Positions 46,938 through 56,647 of a stretch of 64,000 nucleotides of DNA are shown one piece after another. Source of the DNA: Bacteroidia bacterium (lineage in GTDB: Bacteria; Bacteroidota; Bacteroidia; M30B66); contig OZ257142.1 in NCBI GenBank assembly GCA_965279035.1, positions 512,001 to 576,000 of the forward strand, given 5' to 3'. The notes under the pieces are model-generated. The model ran no database searches. It was given only the letters and a program-made list of their open reading frames with translations, and was not told the origin of the DNA. Each line of letters opens with the position of its first letter. Positions within the stretch are counted from its first letter, which is position 1. Position numbers and translations under genes: made by a program.

Positions 46938-47354
46938 TCAGTTCTTTATGTATTTAGCAGCTTCCATTTTCATGCGACGAATCATGGCTTCCAGTCCATT
47001 CGAACGCTGCATTGATAAATTATCGCGAATGCCTGTTTTATCTATAAAAGTCAAATCAGCCGTCAAGATATCTTCAGGCTTTTCATCTCCCAAAACTCGC
47101 ATGATAATACTCAATAAACCACGAGGAATTTGAGCTTCACTATCTGCTACATAATGTACATGAGTACCATCAAATTCCGAAGCGATGTACACTTTGTTCT
47201 GGCATCCATGAACGATATTCTCTTCAATCCGAAACTGATCGTCCATTGCAGGCAAATCCTTTCCATGATCTATCACATAGCTGAATTTCTCTTGCCAGTC
47301 TCCAAATAGGTCCAGCTCCTCAATTATTTCAGCTTCTTTCGCAACAATGCTCAT
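46938..47354 (-). CDS. sufE: SufE family sulfur acceptor
   Basis: W.EKFSYVIDHGK.LP, HGCQNKVY, DSEAQIPRGL, LSMQRSNGL. Confidence 0.92.
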   Translation of the reverse strand: MSIVAKEAEIIEELDLFGDWQEKFSYVIDHGKDLPAMDDQFRIEENIVHGCQNKVYIASEFDGTHVHYVADSEAQIPRGLLSIIMRVLGDEKPEDILTADLTFIDKTGIRDNLSMQRSNGLEAMIRRMKMEAAKYIKN

Positions 47355-48580
47355 TGCAACATCTTTTTAGCAAGGCTTATGGCATCAACCATTCGGTCAA
47401 TTTCGGCCCGAGTATTATAAAATGAAAAGGATGCCCGAAGTGTTCCGGGAATTCCAAAAAAGTCCATTACGGGTTGAGCGCAATGATGACCAGTTCGCAA
47501 TGCAATTCCTTTTTTATCGAGAATAAAACCAATGTCATAAGGATGTAAATCCTCCATAACAAAGGAAATGACCGCTACCTTTTCTTTCGCTTCCCCAATA
47601 ATTTGAACGCCTTCAATTTCCTTTAAACGATTGGTTCCGTATTGAAGCAAGTCTTGCTCATAAGCTTGAACAGCTGCATGATCGAGCGAATTCCAATACC
47701 GAATTCCTTCTGCCATCACAATTCCTCCACTAATATTGGGCGTTCCTGCTTCGAAACGCAAAGGCGCATCGTTGTAAGTAGTTTTTTCAAACGTAACGGT
47801 ACGAATCATATCGCCACCTCCTTTCCAAGGCGGAAGTTGATCGAGTAATTGCTGCTTTCCGTATAAAACGCCTACACCCGTTGGGCCTAAGATCTTATGT
47901 GCAGAAAACACGTAAAAATCGCAATCCAACTCCTGAACATCTACTTTAAAATGAGGAACAGCTTGAGCTCCATCAATCAAAGTCATAGCACCAAACTCAC
48001 GAGCCATAGCTAGTATTTCTCGAACGGGATTTATCGTTCCCAATGCGTTCGACACCTGAATAATCGACACCATGCGAGTTCTCAGTCCGATCAATTTGCG
48101 GGCTTCTTCTAAAATCAGCTCACCATTGGAATCCATCGGAATTACTTTCAACACAGCGCCAGTTTGCTCACATACTAATTGCCAAGGGACAATATTGGCG
48201 TGGTGTTCCATGGCAGTTACCACAATTTCATCACCCGGTTTGAGGTAATTTCTTCCCCAAGTTTGAGCGATGAGATTGATGCCATCGGTTGTGCCGCTTG
48301 TGAAGATTATTTCTTCGGTTTTGCGGGCATTCAGAAAAGCACGAATTTCTTCTCGTGCCTGTTCGTATGCCGATGTTGCCAACTGACTTAAATGATGCAC
48401 TCCACGGTGAATATTCGCATTGTAAGTCGAATAATACTTCACCATAACATCAATTACCTGTTGAGGTTTTTGAGAGGTTGCTCCATTATCGAAATACACC
48501 AGCGGACACCCATTCACTTCCTGATGCAGGATTGGAAAATCCCGGCGAACAAGCTCAACATCAAAAGGAAGGGTATTCAT
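47351..48580 (-). CDS. sufS: Cysteine desulfurase SufS
   Basis: YFDNGATSQKP, NIHRG, EHHANIVPW, FSAHK, FEAGTP, RTGHHCAQP. Confidence 0.96.
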   Translation of the reverse strand: MNTLPFDVELVRRDFPILHQEVNGCPLVYFDNGATSQKPQQVIDVMVKYYSTYNANIHRGVHHLSQLATSAYEQAREEIRAFLNARKTEEIIFTSGTTDGINLIAQTWGRNYLKPGDEIVVTAMEHHANIVPWQLVCEQTGAVLKVIPMDSNGELILEEARKLIGLRTRMVSIIQVSNALGTINPVREILAMAREFGAMTLIDGAQAVPHFKVDVQELDCDFYVFSAHKILGPTGVGVLYGKQQLLDQLPPWKGGGDMIRTVTFEKTTYNDAPLRFEAGTPNISGGIVMAEGIRYWNSLDHAAVQAYEQDLLQYGTNRLKEIEGVQIIGEAKEKVAVISFVMEDLHPYDIGFILDKKGIALRTGHHCAQPVMDFFGIPGTLRASFSFYNTRAEIDRMVDAISLAKKMLQ

Positions 48581-48593
48581 GGTTTAGGTAGAA

Positions 48594-49919
48594 TCAGATT
48601 CGGCTGGCTAATACTTCGGCAACAGCATTCCGCAATGTTTCGTGTGGAATGTGTTCGATTATTTCTCCTGCGTAAGCATTCAAGAGAAGTACACGAGCTT
48701 TTTCAAGAGAAATTCCGCGAGCGCGCAAATAAAATAACTGCTCTGGATCTAACACTCCGGTAGATGAACCATGCGAACATTTTACATCATCAGCATAGAT
48801 TTCCAACTGAGGCTTGGTATTCACGGTGCCGGTCTCACTTTGGAGAATATTTTTGTTGCTTTGAAACGCATTGGTCTTTTGTGCATCCTTACGCACATAA
48901 ACCTTTCCATTGAAAATTGCAATTGCAGAATCATCCACCACACCTTTGTACAATTCGTTGCTTTCGCAGCGTGGATAGCGATGATCAACCAAGGTGTGAT
49001 TATCCACTATTTGTGAATTTACCGGATGATAATAGCCGTACAAATGTGCTTCACATTCGGGAGCATCGAGCACGATATTTAGGTTGTTTCGCAACATACC
49101 CGAACCAAGACTGATCGTTACCGTTTCGAATTTGCCATGTTGCTTCACATGTGCTTCGGTTGTATGAAAATGTCCCGCAGTATGTTCTTCCGATTGAAGG
49201 GTAATCCAGTTGACATTCGCGTCTTTCTCCACCAGAATTTCGGTCACGCTGTTACTAGCAATAGAAGCATTTCCTTTCGTGCTGATGGATGTTTGAATGA
49301 CTTCTACTTCTGAAGATTCATCCGAAATAAATAACACGCGTGGTTGAATCAATTTGGCTTCCGGACTACTTACCAATTCAATGAGTTGAACAGGTTTAGG
49401 TAGTTTACAATTTGTTGGGATATAGCAATAAATTCCATCTTGAAACAACGCGGAGTTTAATGCCAGAAACGAATCAGAGTCAGCTTTTGCAAGTGTTCCC
49501 AGATTAGTTAATGCATGTGCATCGTTATTTCGTAGTGCTTCAGCTAAACTTCCCATCACAACACCCATTGGCAAACCTTCGATTCGGGATAGTTTTTTTG
49601 AAAAAATCCCATTCAACAACACAAGCCGAAAAGCATCTTCAACCAATAAAGAATGATTGAGCACATCTGACTCCGAAGGTAAATCAGTTTCCTGCGGACT
49701 TAATGTTTGGTTCAGTTCAGACGTAAATAGTTTTTCTACTTGCAAGTAGCGGTATTCCTCGTGTTTTTTACCAGGAAAACCTAAAAGGGCAAACGATTCG
49801 GCTGCTTTATCCCGAAAACCATTTAATATGGTATTATCGGGCAATAAGGCTGCTTTTCGGATGTGAAATCCAGCGAGCAACTTCTCTTTTAACGATTGTC
49901 CTTCGAGTGTATCGGCCAT
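48594..49919 (-). CDS. sufD: Fe-S cluster assembly protein SufD
   Basis: DNHTLVDH..P.CES.ELYKG, FNGKV, QKTNAFQSNKN, KPQLEIYADDVKCSHG, FYLRARGI. Confidence 0.95.
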   Translation of the reverse strand: MADTLEGQSLKEKLLAGFHIRKAALLPDNTILNGFRDKAAESFALLGFPGKKHEEYRYLQVEKLFTSELNQTLSPQETDLPSESDVLNHSLLVEDAFRLVLLNGIFSKKLSRIEGLPMGVVMGSLAEALRNNDAHALTNLGTLAKADSDSFLALNSALFQDGIYCYIPTNCKLPKPVQLIELVSSPEAKLIQPRVLFISDESSEVEVIQTSISTKGNASIASNSVTEILVEKDANVNWITLQSEEHTAGHFHTTEAHVKQHGKFETVTISLGSGMLRNNLNIVLDAPECEAHLYGYYHPVNSQIVDNHTLVDHRYPRCESNELYKGVVDDSAIAIFNGKVYVRKDAQKTNAFQSNKNILQSETGTVNTKPQLEIYADDVKCSHGSSTGVLDPEQLFYLRARGISLEKARVLLLNAYAGEIIEHIPHETLRNAVAEVLASRI

Positions 49920-49930
49920 GTTGTGGACAA

Positions 49931-50686
49931 TTATAAAGACGCTAATTCTTTCTTAATCCAATCGTAGCCTTTTTCTTCGAGCTCGAGTGCTAATTCTTTT
50001 CCGCCTGTTTTAACTATGCGGCCATCATACATTACATGTACTACATCGGGAACGATATAATCGAGCAAACGTTGATAGTGAGTAATAACAATGGCTGAAT
50101 TTTCAGGCGATTTCAAGCGATTTACACCATTAGCAACTACACGTAATGCATCAATATCAAGTCCTGAATCGGTTTCATCTAAAATGGCGAGTTTGGGATT
50201 GAGCATCGCCATTTGAAAAATCTCATTACGTTTCTTTTCTCCACCTGAGAAACCTTCGTTTACAGAGCGGTTGGTCAGATTAGATTCAATTTCCACGTAC
50301 GCTTTTTTCTCCTTCATCAACTGAAGAAATTCTTTTGGCTCCATTGGAGGAAGTCCACGGTATTCGCGTTGTTCAGCGATAGCAGTCTTCAAAAAGTTGG
50401 TAATACTCACTCCCGGAATCTCCACCGGATACTGAAATGCAAGAAAAATTCCTTCACGGGCGCGATCTTCTGGAGCTAATGCTAGCAAATCTTTTCCTTC
50501 AAAAAACACTTCTCCGGCTGTTACTTGATAGTCTTCTCTCCCAGCTAAAACCGAAGCCAAAGTTGATTTTCCAGAACCATTCGGTCCCATAATCGCATGA
50601 ACTTCACCCGGTTTTACTTCCAACGAAAAACCCTTCAGAATCTCTTTTTCTTCTACACGTGCGTGCAGGTTACGAATACTCAGCAT
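49931..50686 (-). CDS. sufC: Fe-S cluster assembly ATPase SufC
   Basis: [45 protein letters not shown]. Confidence 0.97.
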   Translation of the reverse strand: MLSIRNLHARVEEKEILKGFSLEVKPGEVHAIMGPNGSGKSTLASVLAGREDYQVTAGEVFFEGKDLLALAPEDRAREGIFLAFQYPVEIPGVSITNFLKTAIAEQREYRGLPPMEPKEFLQLMKEKKAYVEIESNLTNRSVNEGFSGGEKKRNEIFQMAMLNPKLAILDETDSGLDIDALRVVANGVNRLKSPENSAIVITHYQRLLDYIVPDVVHVMYDGRIVKTGGKELALELEEKGYDWIKKELASL

Positions 50687-50736
50687 TTACTATGTTTTTG
50701 GAACAGCCTTGTTTAAAACCGTTCTAAATAAGGCCG

Positions 50737-50744
50737 CAAAGGTA
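50737..50744 (-). promoter_or_regulatory. -7 promoter element TACCTTTG heading the sufC operon
   Basis: Exact TAnnTTTG 50 nt upstream of the sufC ATG. Confidence 0.65.
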
Positions 50745-50905
50745 ACACAATCGCATGGATAAGGTTTATCTGAAAAAAGAAAATTGGCGATTTCGATTTA
50801 ATAATTTTTGAATCTTGATCAATATTATGGTAATGAGTTTTATTGATTAGTTCACGTTTTCGGGGATAACGAATTGTCGATAACAGGTTTTGGTGCAAAA
50901 TGATT

Positions 50906-51439
50906 TTACTTTGATAAGATAATTTCTTGGGTTTGAATCTGATTGCTTCTATGAAGTGAACGATCTACAATAGTGACTTCGTAGCGAATCGTATCATAAA
51001 CAGAGAAAGGATTATTAGTAAATAAGGACATGCTTAAATCGCCTTCAAGCGTTTTATTCTGACCTGTTGGAGTCAAATAAGGAATTCGGCTATGGTTACT
51101 AAGTGTATCTCCACCGGGAACCGCAGGAGGAAGAACAATGCGAACCCATTTCCCCAGTTGTTTTTCAAAATAGTTGATGTATAAATCGTAGTAGAAAGGG
51201 GAGCTTCGGTCAAAAGGAGGAAATGTATCGGAAGGATTCAAGCCAACATCACCATCCCCATCAGTAAAATAAATATGAATAATTCCGATTGAATCTTTAC
51301 CTGCGACGTTCTTCACTTGATCAAAGCCAGTCAAAGAGATAAGCGGTGTATCAGAAAAGTTTTTGTCCTTTTTACAGGAAACACACATTCCGATGCAAAA
51401 GATAAGTAGGAACAACTGTAATTTTGGCTGGCCAAACAT
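50906..51439 (-). CDS. Conserved Bacteroidota lipoprotein (FTDGDGDVG motif), function unknown
   Basis: Lipobox CVSC-KKDK; FTDGDGDVG, DRSLHRSN.I.T. Confidence 0.75.
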   Translation of the reverse strand: MFGQPKLQLFLLIFCIGMCVSCKKDKNFSDTPLISLTGFDQVKNVAGKDSIGIIHIYFTDGDGDVGLNPSDTFPPFDRSSPFYYDLYINYFEKQLGKWVRIVLPPAVPGGDTLSNHSRIPYLTPTGQNKTLEGDLSMSLFTNNPFSVYDTIRYEVTIVDRSLHRSNQIQTQEIILSK

Positions 51440-51468
51440 GTCACGAAGATAAAGGCATTTTACTTATT

Positions 51469-52467
51469 GTGTTTCCTCCAGAACGTTCCTCCCTTCGAAA
51501 TTCGATTTTCAAGATATCAAGTCAGGAAGATTTCCAAGACCGATGTTTGGCAGTTTATCGATATCAGTCGATCTGGAATCCCGTGTATCGCGCTTGGATC
51601 AAAGCATTGAATATAAATCCGGAGGATATCTCACATCCGAACGACATTCCTTATTTACCGATTCAATTTTTCAAAGATCAACGGGTGTTCAATGATCAAA
51701 CTTCGTCGGTACTTGAATTCAGCAGTTCTGGAACAACTGGAATAACGACTTCGATTCATCACGTAGCAGATACCTTATTATATGAGGAGAGTTTCACAAC
51801 TGGATTTATTCGTGAATATGGCTCTCCATCGAATTCCGTTATTTTAGGTTTACTACCAGCATACCTTGAACGCCCAGGTTCTTCCTTAGTATATATGACT
51901 GACAGTTTGATTCGTCAGTCGGGTAGAGCAGAAAGTGGATTCTACTTGAATAATCTGAACGAATTATTGGATGTGTTGAATCGTTTGGCAAGCAAGAATC
52001 AACGTGTATGGCTCATTGGAGTGAGTTTCGCCTTGCTCGATTTAGCTTTACTTGCTCCACCTGTTTGGCCTGAGTTAACTGTGGTAGAAACTGGAGGTAT
52101 GAAAGGTCGGCGTAAAGAGATGATAAGGGAAGAATTGCACGCAACCATACGCGCTACTTGGCCTCTTGCACATTTGCACAGCGAATATGGCATGACGGAA
52201 TTATTCAGTCAGGCTTGGATGAATGATTTGGGCAGGTTTCAATGTCCGCCTTGGATGGATATCCGTATTCGGGATGCAAATGATCCATTTACATATGTTG
52301 AAGCAGGAAAGAGTGGAGGAATCAATGTGATTGATTTAGCGAATTTGGATTCCTGTTCATTTATTGCCACACAGGATTTAGGGCGCAGAAGGGAAGATGG
52401 TAGTTTTGATGTAATTGGGAGGTTCGATAATAGCGATTTACGCGGTTGTAATCTGTTGGTTACCTAG
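51469..52467 (+). CDS. LuxE/PaaK-like acyl-protein synthetase family protein
   Basis: IPYLPIQFFK, FSSSGTTG, LLPAYLER.GSSL, ETGGMKGRR, HSEYGMTEL.SQ, DLRGCNL. Start uncertain (GTG 51469 vs TTG 51424). Confidence 0.85.
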   Translation: MFPPERSSLRNSIFKISSQEDFQDRCLAVYRYQSIWNPVYRAWIKALNINPEDISHPNDIPYLPIQFFKDQRVFNDQTSSVLEFSSSGTTGITTSIHHVADTLLYEESFTTGFIREYGSPSNSVILGLLPAYLERPGSSLVYMTDSLIRQSGRAESGFYLNNLNELLDVLNRLASKNQRVWLIGVSFALLDLALLAPPVWPELTVVETGGMKGRRKEMIREELHATIRATWPLAHLHSEYGMTELFSQAWMNDLGRFQCPPWMDIRIRDANDPFTYVEAGKSGGINVIDLANLDSCSFIATQDLGRRREDGSFDVIGRFDNSDLRGCNLLVT

Positions 52468-52589
52468 AAATTTACCAAATGAATAAGAAAAATGCAACAA
52501 GTTTGATTCGCTGAATCATAGATATACCGTGATTTACGGAACTTTTTGAGCTATTGAATAAAGTCGTGTGAATTTTACTGTTGATAAAA

Positions 52590-52620
52590 TTTGCGCAGAA
52601 CGATTCTATTCCTATCTTTG
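52590..52620 (+). promoter_or_regulatory. Canonical Bacteroidota promoter of the rplM operon
   Basis: TTTG (52590-52593), 19-nt spacer, TATCTTTG (52613-52620). Confidence 0.8.
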
Positions 52621-52660
52621 CAGCCCGTTTGGAAAATCGTATTCTTAAATCCTAAGAAAA

Positions 52661-53116
52661 TTGGATACACTGAGTTATAAAACAGTTTCGGCCAACAAGG
52701 CTACAGTAACCAAAGAATGGGTACTGGTAGACGCCGAGAACATGGTCCTTGGGCGTTTGAGCTCACAGGTCGCAATGCTGATCCGTGGCAAGAAAAAGCC
52801 CAATTATACACCGCACGTTGATTGTGGTGATAATGTAATCATTATCAATGCTGAGAAGATTGTTCTCTCCGGTAACAAAACCGATGAGAAGATCTACACC
52901 CGCTACACCGGATATCCGGGCGGACAGCGTTTTCAGACTCCGCGTGAGTTGCTGAATAAAAAGCCGGAAGCTATCATCGAAAAAGCGGTGAGAGGCATGC
53001 TTCCTAAAAGCCGTTTAGGCCGTGCTTTATTTGGGAACTTATTCGTATACACTGGAAGCGAGCATCCTCATGCAGCTCAGCAACCAAAAACCATTAACAT
53101 TAACGATCTGCGATAA
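52661..53116 (+). CDS. rplM: 50S ribosomal protein L13
   Basis: WVLVDA...LGRL, YTPHVDCGDNVIIINAEK, YTGYPGG, AVRGMLPK; TTG start. Confidence 0.98.
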   Translation: MDTLSYKTVSANKATVTKEWVLVDAENMVLGRLSSQVAMLIRGKKKPNYTPHVDCGDNVIIINAEKIVLSGNKTDEKIYTRYTGYPGGQRFQTPRELLNKKPEAIIEKAVRGMLPKSRLGRALFGNLFVYTGSEHPHAAQQPKTININDLR

Positions 53117-53502
53117 TGGAAACCATCAACACAAGCGGAAGAAGAAAAACTGCTGTTGCACGTGTTTATCTTAAACCAGGAACTGGAAAGATTACAATCA
53201 ACAAACGCGATATCTCTGATTACTTTACTGTTCCTACTCTTCGTGGAAAGGTTCTTCAACCATTTCTCGTTACTGAGCATGAAGGTAAGTTCGATGTAAC
53301 TGCTAACATTCAAGGTGGTGGAATCACTGGTCAGGCTGGAGCTTTAAGTCTTGCTATTGCAAAAGCATTAGTAGAACTTGATGCTACCAACAAACCAGCA
53401 CTTCGTTCAAATGGATTAGTTACGCGTGACCCACGTATGGTTGAACGTAAAAAACCAGGACAGAAGAAAGCTCGTAAACGCTTCCAGTTCAGTAAACGTT
53501 AA
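53116..53502 (+). CDS. rpsI: 30S ribosomal protein S9
   Basis: GRRKTAVARV, GGGITGQAGA, RDPRMVERKKPG.KKARKRFQFSKR. Confidence 0.98.
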   Translation: METINTSGRRKTAVARVYLKPGTGKITINKRDISDYFTVPTLRGKVLQPFLVTEHEGKFDVTANIQGGGITGQAGALSLAIAKALVELDATNKPALRSNGLVTRDPRMVERKKPGQKKARKRFQFSKR

Positions 53503-53523
53503 TTTTCCGACCCTCCTATTATT

Positions 53524-54294
53524 ATGGCAAGAATATCAACAGATCAACTTTTAGATGCCGGTGTTCACTTCGGTCACTTAAAAAGTAAGTGGAATCCAAA
53601 CATGGCTCCGTACATCTTCATGGAGCGTAACGGAATTCACGTTATTGACCTAAATAAAACAGTTGTTAAGCTTGAAGAAGCTGCTGCTGCTTTGAAACAA
53701 GTCGCTAAATCTGGTAAAAAAATCCTTTTTGTTGCAACAAAGAAACAAGCGAAAGAGATTGTAGCTGAGTCGGTAAAAAAGGTAAACATGCCTTATGTTA
53801 CTGAGCGTTGGCCAGGTGGAATGCTAACTAACTTTGCAACTATCCGCAAAGCAGTTAAGAAAATGGCTACCATTGATAAAATGGCTGCTGATGGAACATA
53901 CGAAACCATCTCTAAAAAAGAGAAACTAACTATTTCTCGTGAGCGCGAAAAATTGGAAACTCAATTCGGTTCAATTACCGATATGAGTCGTCTTCCTGCT
54001 GCTTTATTCATTGTTGATATTTCGAAAGAACATATCGCAGTAGCTGAAGCGCGTCGTTTAAATATCCCAACATTTGCAATTGTTGATACCAACTCAAACC
54101 CAAATTTGGTTGACTATCCAATTCCTGCTAATGATGATGCAGCAAAATCAATTTCCCTTATTATGGATGTGATTATTGGTGCAGTTCAAGAAGGATTGAG
54201 CGAACGCAAACAAGAGAAAGAAAAAGGGATGACGAACAACATGCTAAAGCAGAAACTGCTGCAGCTGCTGACGCTTCACCAAAAGACTAAGTAA
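53524..54294 (+). CDS. rpsB: 30S ribosomal protein S2 (C-terminal tail probably frameshifted)
   Basis: LLDAGVHFGH, WNPNMAPYIF, RWPGGMLTN, VDTN, PANDDA; see finding on the tail. Confidence 0.97.
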   Translation: MARISTDQLLDAGVHFGHLKSKWNPNMAPYIFMERNGIHVIDLNKTVVKLEEAAAALKQVAKSGKKILFVATKKQAKEIVAESVKKVNMPYVTERWPGGMLTNFATIRKAVKKMATIDKMAADGTYETISKKEKLTISREREKLETQFGSITDMSRLPAALFIVDISKEHIAVAEARRLNIPTFAIVDTNSNPNLVDYPIPANDDAAKSISLIMDVIIGAVQEGLSERKQEKEKGMTNNMLKQKLLQLLTLHQKTK

Positions 54295-54315
54295 TAATCC
54301 CGAAACACGCATATC

Positions 54316-55155
54316 ATGTCAACTGTAGCAATTACTGCTAGTGATGTAAATAAACTCCGCCAAATGACTGGTGCGGGAATGATGGACTGCAAAAAAGCGC
54401 TTACCGAAGCCAATGGCGATTTCGAAGCGGCAGTTGATTTTCTTCGTAAAAAAGGTCAGAAGGTAGCTGGTAACCGTGCCGATCGCGATGCTAATGAAGG
54501 TGTTGTTATTGCTCGTGTTACTGCTGATAATACTCGTGGTGTTCTTGTTGTTCTTAATTGCGAAACAGATTTCGTAGCAAAGAATCAAGACTTCATCGAT
54601 TTCACAACCAAGATTTCTGATATCGCGCTGAATACAAAACCAGCTGATGTAACTGAACTTCTTGCAGCTTCGTTCGATGGTCTTCCGATTAGTGAACGTA
54701 TCAACGAACAAGTTGGTAAAATTGGTGAGAAAATGGAACTTCATTACTCTCAATTAGAAGCTCCTTTCGTTGTTGCTTACAATCACCCAGGTTTCCGTTT
54801 AGCTACAATCGTTGCTTTTAATAAAGCAGGAGTTTCCGGAATTGAAACAGTTGCAAAAGACGTTTCTATGCAAGCTGCAGCAATGGCTCCAGTAGCTGTT
54901 GATAAAGACGATGTCGACACGAACACATTAGAACGCGAATTAGATATCGCTCGTGAGCAAATCCGTGCAGAAGGTAAACCAGAAGAAATGGTTGAGAAAA
55001 TCGCTGCTGGTAAACTCAATAAGTTTTACAAAGACAACACACTCCTTAATCAGGAATTTGTGAAGGATAACAAAATGTCTGTTCGTCAATATGTTCAGAC
55101 AATTGATAAAGACCTAACCGTTACTGCTTTTAAACGTCACGCTTTAGGAAATTAA
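54316..55155 (+). CDS. tsf: Elongation factor Ts
   Basis: LRQMTGAGMMDCKKAL, NCETDFVA, GKPEEMVEKI. Confidence 0.98.
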   Translation: MSTVAITASDVNKLRQMTGAGMMDCKKALTEANGDFEAAVDFLRKKGQKVAGNRADRDANEGVVIARVTADNTRGVLVVLNCETDFVAKNQDFIDFTTKISDIALNTKPADVTELLAASFDGLPISERINEQVGKIGEKMELHYSQLEAPFVVAYNHPGFRLATIVAFNKAGVSGIETVAKDVSMQAAAMAPVAVDKDDVDTNTLERELDIAREQIRAEGKPEEMVEKIAAGKLNKFYKDNTLLNQEFVKDNKMSVRQYVQTIDKDLTVTAFKRHALGN

Positions 55156-55164
55156 TTTATTTGG

Positions 55165-55194
55165 AAAGAGAGAAGAAATTCTCTCTTTTTTTTT
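55165..55194 (+). terminator. Terminator 1 after tsf
   Basis: AAAGAGAGAA-gaaa-TTCTCTCTTT followed by a T run. Confidence 0.8.
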
Positions 55195-55202
55195 GCTCTA
55201 AC

Positions 55203-55230
55203 ATCCCGTTCTTGTAGCGGGATTTTTTTT
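55203..55230 (+). terminator. Terminator 2 after tsf
   Basis: ATCCCGTT-cttgt-AGCGGGAT followed by a T run. Confidence 0.7.
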
Positions 55231-55250
55231 GAACTACTGAACCATTAATT

Positions 55251-55958
55251 ATGAAATACAAACGCATCCTCCTGAAACTTAGTGGCGAATCCTTAATGGG
55301 TAATAAGAATTTCGGTATCGACTCGGATAGACTTTCGCAATATGCTCAGGAAATAAAGGAAATTCAAGCAACAGGTGTTGAAGTTGCTGTTGTTATAGGC
55401 GGAGGAAATATCTTTCGTGGTATTCAAGCAGCCGAAGGTGGAATGGACCGTGTTCAAGGTGATTACATGGGAATGTTAGCAACCGTAATCAATAGTATGG
55501 CTTTGCAGTCGGCTCTTGAGGTGATTGGAGTTCAAACTCGATTGCAAAGTGCGATCAAAATGGAACAAATCTGCGAACCATTCATTCGTCGTAGAGCAGT
55601 TCGTCATTTGGAAAAAGGACGTGTCGTAATTTTTGGCGCAGGAACCGGGAATCCATATTTCACCACTGATACCGCCGCTACTTTACGAGCAATTGAAATT
55701 GAAGCGGATGTGATTCTCAAAGGAACTCGTGTGGATGGAATCTATACTGCTGATCCAGAAAAGGACCCCAACGCTGTGAAATACGATACCATCACCTTTA
55801 CCGAAGTTTATGAAAAAGGACTAAACGTGATGGACATGACCGCATTTACTTTATGTAATGATAACAAATTACCAATCATTGTGTTTGATATGGACACGAG
55901 CGGTAATTTAAAACGCCTCATTGCGGGCGAACGTGTTGGAACCTTGGTTGAATTTTGA
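55251..55958 (+). CDS. pyrH: UMP kinase
   Basis: [35 protein letters not shown]. Confidence 0.98.
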   Translation: MKYKRILLKLSGESLMGNKNFGIDSDRLSQYAQEIKEIQATGVEVAVVIGGGNIFRGIQAAEGGMDRVQGDYMGMLATVINSMALQSALEVIGVQTRLQSAIKMEQICEPFIRRRAVRHLEKGRVVIFGAGTGNPYFTTDTAATLRAIEIEADVILKGTRVDGIYTADPEKDPNAVKYDTITFTEVYEKGLNVMDMTAFTLCNDNKLPIIVFDMDTSGNLKRLIAGERVGTLVEF

Positions 55959-56012
55959 TCTGTTTGAATTCAGTCGAAAATCTTGTTTATTTGCACACCT
56001 TTCTGAAAAGCT

Positions 56013-56576
56013 ATGAACGAACTAGTTAAGCCTCAAATTGATTCAGCTACTTTGCTGATGGACAAAGCAATTGCTCACTTAGAAGCAGAATTGGCTAAAA
56101 TTCGCGCGGGCAAAGCAAGTCCTGCGATGCTCGATGGTATTTATGTGGACTATTATGGTTCAAATACTCCTTTAAGTCAAGTTGCCAACATCAACACTCC
56201 TGATGCTCGAACTTTAGCTGTTCAACCTTGGGAGAAACAAATGCTAGGACCCATTGAAAAAGCTATTTTCGGCTCTAATATCGGCTTGACACCACAAAAT
56301 GATGGAGTGATGATACGCTTGAACATTCCTCCGGTGACGGAAGAACGTCGTTTGAATTTGGTAAAACAATCGAAAGGAGAAGCCGAAAACGCAAAAGTGA
56401 GTATTCGAAATGTACGTCGCGATGCCAATGAAGCTATTCGCAAGCTGGTTAAAGATGGTTTAGCTGAAGATATTGCGAAAGATGCCGAAACTAAAATTCA
56501 GCAGCTTACCGATTCGTATATCGCGAAAACTGAAAAGCATCTCGAAGCCAAAGAAAAAGAAATCATGACTGTTTAG
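56013..56576 (+). CDS. frr: Ribosome recycling factor
   Basis: IRAGKASP, YYG..TPL.QVANI, NIGLTPQNDG, IRNVRRDAN, KEKEIM. Confidence 0.98.
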   Translation: MNELVKPQIDSATLLMDKAIAHLEAELAKIRAGKASPAMLDGIYVDYYGSNTPLSQVANINTPDARTLAVQPWEKQMLGPIEKAIFGSNIGLTPQNDGVMIRLNIPPVTEERRLNLVKQSKGEAENAKVSIRNVRRDANEAIRKLVKDGLAEDIAKDAETKIQQLTDSYIAKTEKHLEAKEKEIMTV

Positions 56577-56592
56577 TTTTGTCATAAAACAT

Positions 56593-56630
56593 AAAAAAAG
56601 CCCGAAGGAACATGTCTTTCGGGCTTTCTT
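56593..56630. terminator. Bidirectional terminator between frr and glmS
   Basis: AAAGCCCGAAGGA / TCTTTCGGGCTTT flanked by A and T tracts. Confidence 0.85.
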
Positions 56631-56647
56631 GTTTTTGGTATTTAATA

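Noticed and set aside
50829-50848. Possible Fur-like box upstream of sufC (GGTAATGAGTTTTATTGAT)
   Set aside because: Only about 11/19 match to the E. coli consensus in AT-rich DNA, and it lies far from the -7 element.
51469-52467. LuxE-like gene as evidence of bioluminescence
   Set aside because: No luxA/B/C/D in the window; stand-alone LuxE-like genes are common in Bacteroidota.
54215-54230. Programmed -1 frameshift in rpsB
   Set aside because: GAA AAA GGG does not form an in-frame X XXY YYZ heptamer and I saw no stimulatory structure. An indel is the simpler explanation.
54319-55019. Antisense ORFs over tsf, and similar shadows over queA (22708-23628), hutU, purD and frr
   Set aside because: They mirror strongly conserved genes, have no recognisable motifs, and are expected from codon bias on the coding strand.
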